NCBI GenBank assembly: GCA_031370785.1
Contig: JANMQY010000058.1
Location: 64,001-128,000, forward strand
Direction of reading: 5' to 3'
Source of the DNA: Candidatus Eiseniibacteriota bacterium
GTDB taxonomy: Bacteria > Eisenbacteria > RBG-16-71-46
DNA length: 64,000 bases
Under the pieces are notes generated by a model. It had not been told where the DNA came from and ran no database searches. It saw nothing but the letters and a program-made list of their open reading frames with translations. This document shows positions 1-9,082 of the stretch, piece by piece; the stretch's first letter is position 1; each line of letters starts with the position of its first letter. The position numbers were made by a program, and so were the translations under genes.

Positions 1-918
1 GTAGTAACCGATTCCATTCGGCAGCCACGAGCTCCTGGCGGGACCGATCCAGGAAAAGAATTCGGCCTGGGTCATGCCGAGCGCCGACCAGGGGCCCGCG
101 TAGAAGCCGACCTGATTCATCTGGTTCGCGGGGACGACGGGCGAGTAGGTGGCGGAAGCGCCGCCATTGTTGGAACCTGTCGTGGTCCACGAGGCGGGCA
201 TGTTGCCGGCGCCGGTCTCGTAAGGGAAGCAGTCGGGCGCGGTACCCCGGCCCATGGCTCCCTGTCCGGTCGGCGTGCTGCCCGAGTGGTTGTAGCCGCA
301 CACCACCGCGTTGCCGATGAAATTGATGTCCACATTGGCGGCGAGCGCCGCCTTGATGTTCGCGACGATCGGCTTGACGATCACCTGCGCGACGATCTTG
401 CGCGCATCCGCGCCCTTGCGGCCGACCGAGGTGATCACCATGATCGGCAGCCCGCTGGCCGTCTGAATCGGGGGCGTCAAGGACGCGTCGTACTTGTAGA
501 TCACGGTCTTGGCCGGATCGGTCAGATAGGTCACGGTCAGCACGTCAGGACCGCGGGTAGGCCTGCTGTAGTCAAGCCAGGTTCCGGCGGGCTGTGCGGT
601 CTCGACGAACTGCGAGTCCGCATTGCCCGGCGTCGGGACGCTGCCTGCGGCAACGTTGTAGATCTGGCCCACCGAGCGCGGATTCGTGAGCGAGGTCATG
701 ATGTTCTGGGCGCGGACCTGCGCCAGCGCCTCGGCGATGCCCGCTTCCGCGGTGTTGAGCGCCTGGGACTCGCGCATGCTGTGCCCTGCGATCTTCGTAT
801 TGGTGTTGATCGACATCATCAGCACCGCGGCCAGCAGCGACAGCACCAGCAGCACCAGCAGCGCCACCACCAGGCCGATGCCGCGTTCGTTGCGCAGGGG
901 TTCGCGTAGCGGATTCAT
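1..918 (-). CDS. PilX-like minor pilin (3' end outside the window; absent from the ORF track)
   Basis: My translation from ATG 918: MNPLREPLRNERG|IGLVVALLVLLVLSLLAAVLMMS...SQALNTAEAGIAEAL. Class III signal peptide lacking Glu5, as is typical of PilX/GspK, plus the AEAG motif. GGAG RBS upstream; frame stays open to the window edge. Confidence 0.85.
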   Translation of the reverse strand, partial: MNPLREPLRNERGIGLVVALLVLLVLSLLAAVLMMSINTNTKIAGHSMRESQALNTAEAGIAEALAQVRAQNIMTSLTNPRSVGQIYNVAAGSVPTPGNADSQFVETAQPAGTWLDYSRPTRGPDVLTVTYLTDPAKTVIYKYDASLTPPIQTASGLPIMVITSVGRKGADARKIVAQVIVKPIVANIKAALAANVDINFIGNAVVCGYNHSGSTPTGQGAMGRGTAPDCFPYETGAGNMPASWTTTGSNNGGASATYSPVVPANQMNQVGFYAGPWSALGMTQAEFFSWIGPARSSWLPNGIGYY

Positions 919-929
919 TCCTGACACTC

Positions 930-3917
930 CTATCGGATGAACACGATCAACTGACCGTTGGTCGCGCTGGTCTTGACACCGCATGCAAAGTCTTTCAGGT
1001 ACGGAGCGCTCGGCACCGAGGGCTTCACGCCGTAGTTGAAGTTGTTGACCGTGAGAGCGGGCACCATGTTGACGAGCGAGCCGCTCGAAGGATCGTTCGG
1101 CGAGAAGGGCAGCAGCCCCGAGTCCATGTAGTAGATGCGCAGGGCTCCCGCGAACGTGGCCACGTCGGCGCGCGTGCCGCAGATGATGTCGCTGCGGGAC
1201 GTACCACCCATGTCGGCCACTGTCACCGCCATCGGGAAGCCCGGGGTGTCGACGCTGCGCACGTTGATGAACGACCAGATTCCGGCCGCGGTCGCGTTCT
1301 TGTACTGGATCAGATGGCCGGTCGTGCCGCTGGTCTGGGTGCCGACCACCACGTCGACCTTGCCGTCGCTGTCGAAGTCACCGCATGCGATAGAAGTCAC
1401 CGCTTCGGTCGCGAGCGTGACCTTGGTCTGATAGACGAAACGGGCGCCGTTGACCTTGCTCACGTTCCGGAAGGCAATCACCTGGCCGCTATAGCTGCTC
1501 AGCCGCGTGCCCACCATCAGGTCGCGACGACCGTCGCCATCGATGTCGGCGAGGGTCATGCACGTCACTTCGCCCAGCTGGTTGCTCGGGATCGAGCCGC
1601 TCGGCGGATAGATATCCTGACGGGTGAAGGCAGGCACCGCCGCGTTGTCACTCGACCACACTTCGATCGTGCCCTGCCCCGCAGTCGGGGATTTCGTGCC
1701 GACGATGATGTCCACCTGGTCCGCAGTGGCGCCACCCGCGCAGTCCATGGTGAGCACCGCCTGCACGTCGCCCAGATCGCTCGTCCGGTAGTTGCGGCTG
1801 GTGCTGTACGTGGCCGGGAAGAAGCCCTCGTTCGGGTTTCCCTGATTGAACCACACGAAGAAGTTGCCGGCCGGCGTCGTGCTCAGCTTGGTGCCGGTCA
1901 CGAGGTCGAGGCGCGACTTGGGCGCGGCAGCGTCGACGGTGTCGAGCGCCATGCACGCCACCGACTGTGGCGCCAGACGGGTGTAGTCGGGCGTGCTCAG
2001 GAAGAGAGGCGAGCTGCTGTAGTCGTTGAACCAGACCGAGATGTTGTCGGTGCCGCCCGCGTCCGCGCCCAGCACCAGATCGGCGTCCTGACGCGCGTTC
2101 TGGGTCTGGTTGCCGTTCCAGTCCTGCTCGATCAGGTCGCCGCTCGCGAGGCTCAGCACGCGGCTGGCGGTGAGCGAGATGACCTGATAGGAGCTCATCC
2201 CGAAGTTCTGCCCTGTCAGAGCCTGCGAGGCCGTCAGCCACACCGGGCCGATGCTGGTGGTGCTGGTAGGGAAGAAGCCGGTGGGTACGATCGCCATCAC
2301 GTAATAGGCCTGGGTGCGCGGGGGGTCGTTGATCGGCACGTTGCTGATCGTGTAGTTGCCGCTCGCGTCCGTGTAGGCATATCCCTTGACCGTGAGCCCG
2401 CCGTCCGGGGTCACGCCAATCCAGACATTCTGAATTCCGTTCTCGCCGGCGTCCTTGGTTCCATTTCGATTGTTGTCGGTGTACACATTGCCGCTGACCG
2501 TCGCCACCTGCCCTTTGAGAATGCCGAAGTGGATGGAAGCCGAGTCGCCGTTCACCATGGTGCCGCTCACGGGATTGGCCGAGGTGATCGCGAAGGAGTC
2601 GGGCGCGGTCACGGTCACGGTCCAGCCACCCACGCCCGAGAACATGCGCGCCGTCCCGGAGGTGCCGGTGAAGTAGATGCTGTTGCCCGGGTTGATGGTC
2701 AGCTTGACGCCCGGCATCGGATTTTCGCCGGGCTGCTCGGTGCCATTGGAATTCACGTCGTTGAAGACCAGCGCGGTCACGTAGCCGCCGGGGGTCGGGA
2801 CGTCCGCGAAATTGTGCGAGGTCGCCGGCCCAAGGTTGCAGAGGAAGCTGTCGGGCGAGCTGTAGCTGGTGAAGCCCGGCGTGGGCACGTGCTTGAGCAT
2901 GTAGCTGCCAGCAGGCGCGCGAAGCAGGAAGTAGCCGCTCGCGTCGGTATAGGTCTGGAGCGTGCCCAGCTTGACCGAGCTGCCCTGGATGCCGGGCTCG
3001 CCAGCGTCCTTGATGCGATCCGAGTCGAGGTCATTGAAGACGTAACCCGACACCGGGTACTCGGTCTTGCCGAAGTCCGGAATGTTGCGCAGAGAATTGA
3101 CGGTGGTGGTGAGCTTGGTCGCGGCGAAGTTGCCCTTCGAATCCGGCTTGCCGGAAGGCGCGACCACGCTGACGGTGACACGCTGGATGTCCATCAGCTG
3201 CGCGGCCGGGATCGGGCCGTTCGCCCAGTCCCACGGCGTGCTCTGCCCGGCCAGGTACACCTGGAACATCGGAGGCGTCGTGCCGCCCGGCTTGTTCACC
3301 AGGGCCACGCGCTCGGTCCATCCGCCGTTGTTCGTCGCGGTGGCGCTCGAGTCGCCGTATACCTGGCGCACCAGCTCGTAGTCGTTCGGGTTCGGACTGC
3401 GCTGTGCATCCACCCCGTTGGCAACCGCGCGGTCGCCGGAAGTCACGGAGCCGTCGTTGTTGACGTCCAGCGTCCAGCGCACGGTTTCTGCGCCAGTGTG
3501 GAACTTCGTCGGGGGCTGCCACGACGTGCCGTTGAGCGGAAAGGGCCTCGGCGTGCCGGCCGGATCGTATGCGGTGGTGTCGCGCGTTCCGATGTCGCCC
3601 GAGAAGTTGGCGTTGATGAGGATCTCCATCGAATCGACGTACGCGATCGGAGGCTGGGGCGGGACGTTGTTCTTGTCGGCGCCGTAGCCGGCGCTGCGGA
3701 TGTCGCGCGCCATCATGTCGAGCGCGACCCGTGCAGCCTGCTCCGATTCCACGCGGTTGTTGACCGCGACCTTGTTGTGGCTCGCCGAGTACATGACCAT
3801 GGTCAGGACCACCATCACCACGGAGAGCACCATCAGCGTGATCATCAGCTCCACCAGCGTGAAGCCTCGAGAGCGTCGGTCGAGATGGCGCGAAGGCGTT
3901 GTGGGGGTCGTCATCAT
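930..3917 (-). CDS. Giant PilW-like prepilin with three SdrD B-like repeats and C-terminal FG-GAP-like repeats
   Basis: RG|FTLVELMI methylation motif and ARDIRSAG PilW-like motif. Repeats GYVFNDLDSDRIKDAGEPGI, LVFNDVNSNGTEQPGENPM, GNVYTDNNRNGTKDAGENGI. DxDGDG-type motifs ADIDGDGRRDL and GDFDSDGKVDV. Start trimmed to ATG 3917. Confidence 0.85.
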   Translation of the reverse strand: MMTTPTTPSRHLDRRSRGFTLVELMITLMVLSVVMVVLTMVMYSASHNKVAVNNRVESEQAARVALDMMARDIRSAGYGADKNNVPPQPPIAYVDSMEILINANFSGDIGTRDTTAYDPAGTPRPFPLNGTSWQPPTKFHTGAETVRWTLDVNNDGSVTSGDRAVANGVDAQRSPNPNDYELVRQVYGDSSATATNNGGWTERVALVNKPGGTTPPMFQVYLAGQSTPWDWANGPIPAAQLMDIQRVTVSVVAPSGKPDSKGNFAATKLTTTVNSLRNIPDFGKTEYPVSGYVFNDLDSDRIKDAGEPGIQGSSVKLGTLQTYTDASGYFLLRAPAGSYMLKHVPTPGFTSYSSPDSFLCNLGPATSHNFADVPTPGGYVTALVFNDVNSNGTEQPGENPMPGVKLTINPGNSIYFTGTSGTARMFSGVGGWTVTVTAPDSFAITSANPVSGTMVNGDSASIHFGILKGQVATVSGNVYTDNNRNGTKDAGENGIQNVWIGVTPDGGLTVKGYAYTDASGNYTISNVPINDPPRTQAYYVMAIVPTGFFPTSTTSIGPVWLTASQALTGQNFGMSSYQVISLTASRVLSLASGDLIEQDWNGNQTQNARQDADLVLGADAGGTDNISVWFNDYSSSPLFLSTPDYTRLAPQSVACMALDTVDAAAPKSRLDLVTGTKLSTTPAGNFFVWFNQGNPNEGFFPATYSTSRNYRTSDLGDVQAVLTMDCAGGATADQVDIIVGTKSPTAGQGTIEVWSSDNAAVPAFTRQDIYPPSGSIPSNQLGEVTCMTLADIDGDGRRDLMVGTRLSSYSGQVIAFRNVSKVNGARFVYQTKVTLATEAVTSIACGDFDSDGKVDVVVGTQTSGTTGHLIQYKNATAAGIWSFINVRSVDTPGFPMAVTVADMGGTSRSDIICGTRADVATFAGALRIYYMDSGLLPFSPNDPSSGSLVNMVPALTVNNFNYGVKPSVPSAPYLKDFACGVKTSATNGQLIVFIR

Positions 3918-3919
3918 GG

Positions 3920-4327
3920 TTATTGCCTCAGGTATGTGGTGGCGGAAACCGCGCGTGCTCCCATGAAGGTCCAACTGACCGTCACGGTCACTTTCTTCAG
4001 GTTGTCCAACGGGGCCGCCATCGTGGTGACCTGGTAGAAGCGCTTCCACTGACCGGAGCCCAGGCTCTCGGTCGCGGTGCCTGCCGGGTGACGGCCGACG
4101 GTGAGATTGGCGTCGGACCAGGTCAGGCCTTCGAGATCCTCGAGCTTCTGCTGGGCGTAGTAGCTCGCGGTCGTCGTCATCCGGTCCTGCAGCTGATTGC
4201 GCGAACCGGCAGGAAAGATCCCGCCGATCGCGAGCACGCCGATCGAGAGCACGACCAGGGCGACGACCAGCTCGACCAGCGACATGCCGTGCTCGGAGCG
4301 CGCCGGATCGATCTTCGTGGCTTGCAT
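3920..4327 (-). CDS. PilV-like minor pilin
   Basis: HG|MSLVELVVALVVLSIGVLAI prepilin motif; C-terminal LKKVTVTVSW; GGAGG RBS before ATG 4327. Confidence 0.85.
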   Translation of the reverse strand: MQATKIDPARSEHGMSLVELVVALVVLSIGVLAIGGIFPAGSRNQLQDRMTTTASYYAQQKLEDLEGLTWSDANLTVGRHPAGTATESLGSGQWKRFYQVTTMAAPLDNLKKVTVTVSWTFMGARAVSATTYLRQ

Positions 4328-4341
4328 CGCGTCGCCTCCCA

Positions 4342-4779
4342 TCAGTTGAGCACCAGGCCGGAGAGCTGAACCGTTACCGTGTCGCGGTTACCGCGGCGAT
4401 CCTTCATCTCGATGATTCCGGCGGCAGGCGCGGTGAACGAGCAACGACCATCGCGCTCGAGCGTGTACCAGCCACCGACTTCAGCGGCGAGAAACTCGAT
4501 TCCCTTCGGCAGCGTCCATTGGGTCGCGACTCCGGTCGGATAGTGAATGTGGTAGGTCGTGATCGAGAGAATGTGAATCGGTTGGCGCACGCCCGAGGAC
4601 AGCGCCTTCTCTCTCGCCAGCCTGAGCTGCGCCGCGATGTTCTCGGCCGCACCGTGCAGCTGCTGCGACTGGCTGATGCCCCGGAAGGAAGGCACGGCGA
4701 ACGCCACCACGAGGCCAAGCACCACAACGGTGATGACCATCTCGATCAGTGAGAATCCCGGTGACATGCGACGTTCCAT
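4342..4779 (-). CDS. FimT/GspH-like minor pilin
   Basis: PG|FSLIEMVITVVVLGLVVAFAVPSF and LRLAREKA; AAGGAG RBS before ATG 4779. Confidence 0.85.
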   Translation of the reverse strand: MERRMSPGFSLIEMVITVVVLGLVVAFAVPSFRGISQSQQLHGAAENIAAQLRLAREKALSSGVRQPIHILSITTYHIHYPTGVATQWTLPKGIEFLAAEVGGWYTLERDGRCSFTAPAAGIIEMKDRRGNRDTVTVQLSGLVLN

Positions 4780-4801
4780 GGCAAACTCCTTACCCGATAT
4801 A

Positions 4802-4817
4802 AGCAGCGGACGTGCCA
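4802..4817 (-). promoter_or_regulatory. sigma54 (-24/-12) promoter candidate for the minor-pilin operon
   Basis: Minus strand TGGCACGTCCGCTGCT: TGGCAC-N5-CTGCT with exact GG-N10-GC spacing, ending 22 nt upstream of the first pilin start codon. Confidence 0.7.
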
Positions 4818-4973
4818 CGCGAGCCCCGGACCCGGGGACCTCCCGTGCATCCGGAATCGGCCCAACGCACAAGGGACTTGAGGGGTTTGAAATGGCGCGG
4901 CCGCGGGGAGGCAGAGCGGGGTTGCGCGGGGCAACGGCCGGTCGTGCGCTCCGCCCGATATGGCGAGCGTTGT

Positions 4974-6047
4974 TCAGGGCTTCGCGGGGGGTTTCCTGGG
5001 TCGCCGAACCCTCTGAGAAGCGGCGGGTTCCGCGCATGCGAGGCAGGCGGCCGCAAGCGTCGGCCCGGTTCTTTCATTGCCTCGGATGTTTGAGGCCCGG
5101 CTGCCGGGATCCGGCTCGCTGAGCTCCTTTGCGCACCGCTCACGGTGTGCCGCCGATGTGATGTGATCGATGGGTGGGAGGCGCCGCCCGATCGCGTGCA
5201 GACGCACGAGATCGCGGGCCAGCTCCGCCCAGGTCACCCTTTCCGAAGCGCGGGTCCGGTCTCTGGCGGGGAGGATCGAAGCTTCGACCAGCAGGTCGTG
5301 GAGCGAGTCGGGATCCGAGGGCACGGGATTGACGTCGTGGCGCGCGGCATGCGCCAGCAGCCGCCACCACGCCCTGTGCTCGAGAGGTGCATCGGCAGGC
5401 GCGTTGGCGTCCACCAACCCGCCGAGCTCGGCCCATTCCAGATAGGGCGCGGCCCATTTCGGCGCGTCGTGCGCGGTGGGAAGTCTCAGTGCCACGAACG
5501 CGAGCGGATCGACGACGCTGGCATTCTCCCAGCGCGCCGATGGATCCTGCGGGCGGCGCACCTCGAAGTGGAGATGGTTCGTCGTCGCGCGCCCGGTCCG
5601 TCCGACCCTGCCCAGCGTCCGTCCGGCTCCCACCATCTGTCCCTCGCGCACCACGACCGAGCTGTCGCGCAGGTGCGCGTAAACCGTGAACACCAGCGTG
5701 CCATCCACGAGCCGATGCGCGAGCACGACGTGGCGTCCGTAGCCGGATTGCCATCCGACATGCAGGACGATTCCGTTCGCCGCCGCGCGCACCCGATCTC
5801 CGCGGGAACGGTTCCCGAGGTCGGCGCCCTGATGAGAGACGCTGCCGTTCTCACGCCGCTCGACCGAGCGCAGCACCGTGAAGCCGCGACCGTCGCCGGG
5901 CGTGGCGCGGCTCAGGTCGTGGGGGTCGCCGACCGGATAGAGCCAGGCGCCTGCCCAGCTCCAGCGTGACGCCAGCGTCGAGCCGACATCGAGCACGCCT
6001 CCCAGCCGGACCGTCGCGGCGTGTGCCTGCGCCGCGACGGCCAGCAT
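4974..6047 (-). CDS. M23 family metallopeptidase with C-terminal extension (start uncertain, about 6047-6107)
   Basis: HQGAD (HxxxD), YGRHVVLAH, YAHL and HLHFEVR (HxH) motifs; signal-like AVAAQAHA. Confidence 0.8.
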   Translation of the reverse strand: MLAVAAQAHAATVRLGGVLDVGSTLASRWSWAGAWLYPVGDPHDLSRATPGDGRGFTVLRSVERRENGSVSHQGADLGNRSRGDRVRAAANGIVLHVGWQSGYGRHVVLAHRLVDGTLVFTVYAHLRDSSVVVREGQMVGAGRTLGRVGRTGRATTNHLHFEVRRPQDPSARWENASVVDPLAFVALRLPTAHDAPKWAAPYLEWAELGGLVDANAPADAPLEHRAWWRLLAHAARHDVNPVPSDPDSLHDLLVEASILPARDRTRASERVTWAELARDLVRLHAIGRRLPPIDHITSAAHRERCAKELSEPDPGSRASNIRGNERTGPTLAAACLACAEPAASQRVRRPRKPPAKP

Positions 6048-6103
6048 GAATCCAAAGAGCGCCGTGCGCGCGAGACGCCGCGCGGCACGGCCCGCGGTCC
6101 GGC

Positions 6104-8932
6104 TCAGCGAAGCACCACCACGCGCGACGCCGACCCGCGCTCGCCACGCAGGCGAGCGAAATAGACTCCGCTCGCCCAGTCGCGCGTGGCGGCCGGGTCG
6201 AGATGGGCACGGCGAACGGCGCCGGTGGCCGCGAACTCGAGTTCGGCGACCCGCCGCCCCGCGATGTCGAACAGCTCGAGCGGAGGCGCGATCGCATCGG
6301 GGGGTCCGCTCCACCACGCCTCGAGACCGTGTCCCGCGCGCAGCGGGTTCGGACCGAGCGCGATGCGCACAGCTCCCGGAAGGGAAGGCGCAACCGCGGT
6401 CGGCGGCGCGGGGTCGAGTCGGCGGTCGCGCGTCATGAATCGAGGGGTCACGCCGTCGTATTGCGTGTAGAGCACGCTGAGGTTGCCGGGCGAGAACGCG
6501 ATGATATGAGGATTGGAGGCGTTGCCGTCGCTCGAGGCGCTCACCTCGGTGCTGCGCACATCCCAACCGTGCTCGGCAGTCCATCGCCGGTAGCGCACCT
6601 GCTGCGCCCCATTCACCGTCGATTCGAACACCACGTGAATGGCGCTGCCTCGATCGATCGCCAGCTCCGGGTTGAGCAGATTCGAGCCCTGAGCCTCGAG
6701 CAGCGTGTCGCGCAACCAGGTGAAGGTCGTGAAGTCCCGGCGCTGGTAGTGCAGCTGGTTGATGCCGGGAGCGCTCATCCGCCAGACGCTGTGGAGCACG
6801 TGGTGCGTATCCACCACCGCGCAGACCCCGGTGAGCGCGTACTGCGCCTGCGGGGCCAGTCGCAGCGCCGCACTCATGCCCGAGTCGGGACTGAAGCGCG
6901 CGAACGAGAGCGACTGCGGAACCGCGGCGCGGTCGGACCACAGCACGTAGGCGCGACCGTCGCGATCCACCGCGAGCGCCGGCGAATCGGGATCGGCGGC
7001 GGGCGTGGAGACCGCGAGCGGGATTCCGAAAGGAGAGGAATAGGTGAAGCGCATGAACATCACCTGCCCGCGATCGTTCACGAGATTGATCCAGGTGAGG
7101 TAGATCATCCCCCGGCCGTCGGTGCCCAGCGCGGGACGGAAACCCGCGACCGGCGGATCGACGAGAAGCTGCTCGTCGGTCCACGCGCCGTGAATGCGCG
7201 AGCGATAGTAGATCTGCGACCTGCCGCTGCGGGTGTCGCGCCACGCGACGGCCAGGTCGTTCCCGGAGAGCGCGATCAGCGTCGCCTCGGAGGCGTCGCG
7301 CGTCGAATGCGAGAGCTGAAGCGGCGTGCCCCAGCCGCCAGGACCCCGCGAGTGGAGCATGATCTGGGTGCTGGCGCCTCGTCTCTCGGTGAGCACGGTG
7401 TACAGCGTGCCGCTCGCGTCGGCGACCGCGGTCGAGGCGGGACCCGAAGAGAACACCGGCTGAAACGCGGAGTCGGTGTGATCCTCGGGCGCGGACCAGC
7501 CCGGAGCGCGCACCTGCGCCGTGAATCTCGAGTCGCTACCGACCGAGGCGACGTCGCGAATCGCCAGGTTGGTGACGGCGCCGGCGAAAGTGCGCATCCA
7601 CGGCGCCGTGTCGTCGTCGATCAGCGTGCGATTGGTGGCGCCGGGCAGCGGATCGTTCGCGTCGCCGCGATTCCGTCCCAGCATCAGATCGGAATCCCCG
7701 TCGCCCTCGAGCAGGGTCAGTCCCGGGGTGATCCCGGCGTTGATCCGGTTCGAGGGCAACAGCGAGCCGATCTGCGCGTCGTCGACGTGATAGACCAGCA
7801 GCCCCTCGCCCGGGATGTAGCGATCGAAGTCCACGCGCCGCCGATTCTCGATCAGGAAGTGTTCCGCGTTGGGCTCGCCCTGAAACCACATGTCCACGAC
7901 CGGCGCGCCGGTCTCGACCGGGCCGAGCAGGATCGAGGTGTCGTCACTCGGGCGAACCGCGGTGACCCAGCCAAGAAACAGGCGCGACCACGCATCGAAG
8001 CCGGCCGGAGTCTCGGGGGTGAGGCCGTTTGCGCCGTAACCGCCCGTGGACATCAACGACCAGTTGCCGGGTCCGGTGTTGGTCGTGCCGCTGGTGAAGC
8101 CCGAGGTGTCGTAGAGGTCGGGGAGTCCGAGCGCGTGTCCGAACTCGTGACAGTAGACGCCGATCTCCGCGCGCCGGCCGGGGATCAGCGCCGAGAGCTC
8201 GGGAAGGGTCGAGAAGCGATCCACCCGCATGAACTGCGAGGCCGATCCCGGCACTCTCTCGTCGGTGATGAACGGCTCACCGAAGCGCCAGCCGGAGCTC
8301 ATCCGCGAGGTGATGGACCACCACTGGTCACGATCCAGATTGGCCTCGCCGGCGACCCCGGCATGAATCACCCACAGCATGTCCACGTAGCCATCGCGAT
8401 CCTGATCGAAGTCCGACCACCGGATCTGATTCGGGTTCTGAGCCTGTTGCTGCATGAGCGCGTCGCGGATGCCACCGAAGATGTTGTTCGGGGTGGTGAC
8501 CGTGCTCAGGCCCCAGCTGCTGTACCCGTAGTAGTACTTGTTGTGCGGCAGCACCACGGTCGCGACGACGTTGCCCTGCACCGTCAGGCGTCCGCGCGAA
8601 GCCCATCGGTAGTAGTCGAACACCGATCCGCCGGAGGTGGAGTGCGTGGAGTCGAACAGTGCGAATTCGAACTCCTGTGGCGTGTAGAGGAGAGCTTCGT
8701 CACTGAAGGCAATCATCAGGATCGGAACCCTCCACGTCGGCTGCGCGGCGCTGGTCGAGAGCGGATGATGCGCGGGCACGTTGAGAGCCCCGTCCGCAAA
8801 GGCGCGGGCCAGCTCGGGGGGGATGGCGCCCGAAGAGAAGGGCGCGGTCGCGTGCGCCGGGGCGGCCCACAGGACGGCAATGAAGCCGGTGGTCAACAGG
8901 CGGCGCAGCACGGCGGCTTGACTCAATGGCAA
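6104..8932 (-). CDS. M6 (immune inhibitor A-like) metalloprotease with C-terminal FlgD/T9SS-type sorting domain
   Basis: Signal peptide; HEFGHALGLPDLYD zinc motif; WSLMSTG Met-turn; FLIENR; C-terminal GPNP...LFDIAGRRV...SGVYFARL. Confidence 0.88.
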   Translation of the reverse strand: MPLSQAAVLRRLLTTGFIAVLWAAPAHATAPFSSGAIPPELARAFADGALNVPAHHPLSTSAAQPTWRVPILMIAFSDEALLYTPQEFEFALFDSTHSTSGGSVFDYYRWASRGRLTVQGNVVATVVLPHNKYYYGYSSWGLSTVTTPNNIFGGIRDALMQQQAQNPNQIRWSDFDQDRDGYVDMLWVIHAGVAGEANLDRDQWWSITSRMSSGWRFGEPFITDERVPGSASQFMRVDRFSTLPELSALIPGRRAEIGVYCHEFGHALGLPDLYDTSGFTSGTTNTGPGNWSLMSTGGYGANGLTPETPAGFDAWSRLFLGWVTAVRPSDDTSILLGPVETGAPVVDMWFQGEPNAEHFLIENRRRVDFDRYIPGEGLLVYHVDDAQIGSLLPSNRINAGITPGLTLLEGDGDSDLMLGRNRGDANDPLPGATNRTLIDDDTAPWMRTFAGAVTNLAIRDVASVGSDSRFTAQVRAPGWSAPEDHTDSAFQPVFSSGPASTAVADASGTLYTVLTERRGASTQIMLHSRGPGGWGTPLQLSHSTRDASEATLIALSGNDLAVAWRDTRSGRSQIYYRSRIHGAWTDEQLLVDPPVAGFRPALGTDGRGMIYLTWINLVNDRGQVMFMRFTYSSPFGIPLAVSTPAADPDSPALAVDRDGRAYVLWSDRAAVPQSLSFARFSPDSGMSAALRLAPQAQYALTGVCAVVDTHHVLHSVWRMSAPGINQLHYQRRDFTTFTWLRDTLLEAQGSNLLNPELAIDRGSAIHVVFESTVNGAQQVRYRRWTAEHGWDVRSTEVSASSDGNASNPHIIAFSPGNLSVLYTQYDGVTPRFMTRDRRLDPAPPTAVAPSLPGAVRIALGPNPLRAGHGLEAWWSGPPDAIAPPLELFDIAGRRVAELEFAATGAVRRAHLDPAATRDWASGVYFARLRGERGSASRVVVLR

Positions 8933-9082
8933 CAGACGGGCTCCTGGTCAGGTCGGAGAGCCCCGATCACGACACCCAATAGGACACGCGCAACGCCGGC
9001 CCGGTCAAGCACTTTGTGCCGCGCGCTCCGCCGGGCTCGACGCTGGCCGGCGCTCGGCTGCGTATGCTAGCGTGCGCACAAC

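Noticed and set aside
1314..4037. Long antisense and alternate-frame ORFs here and throughout (e.g. 6203-9070, 16600-18948, 23068-25161, 49896-52409)
   Set aside because: These are shadow ORFs expected from high-GC codon bias. They are Arg/Ala/Gly-rich, carry no motifs and fully overlap well-supported genes.
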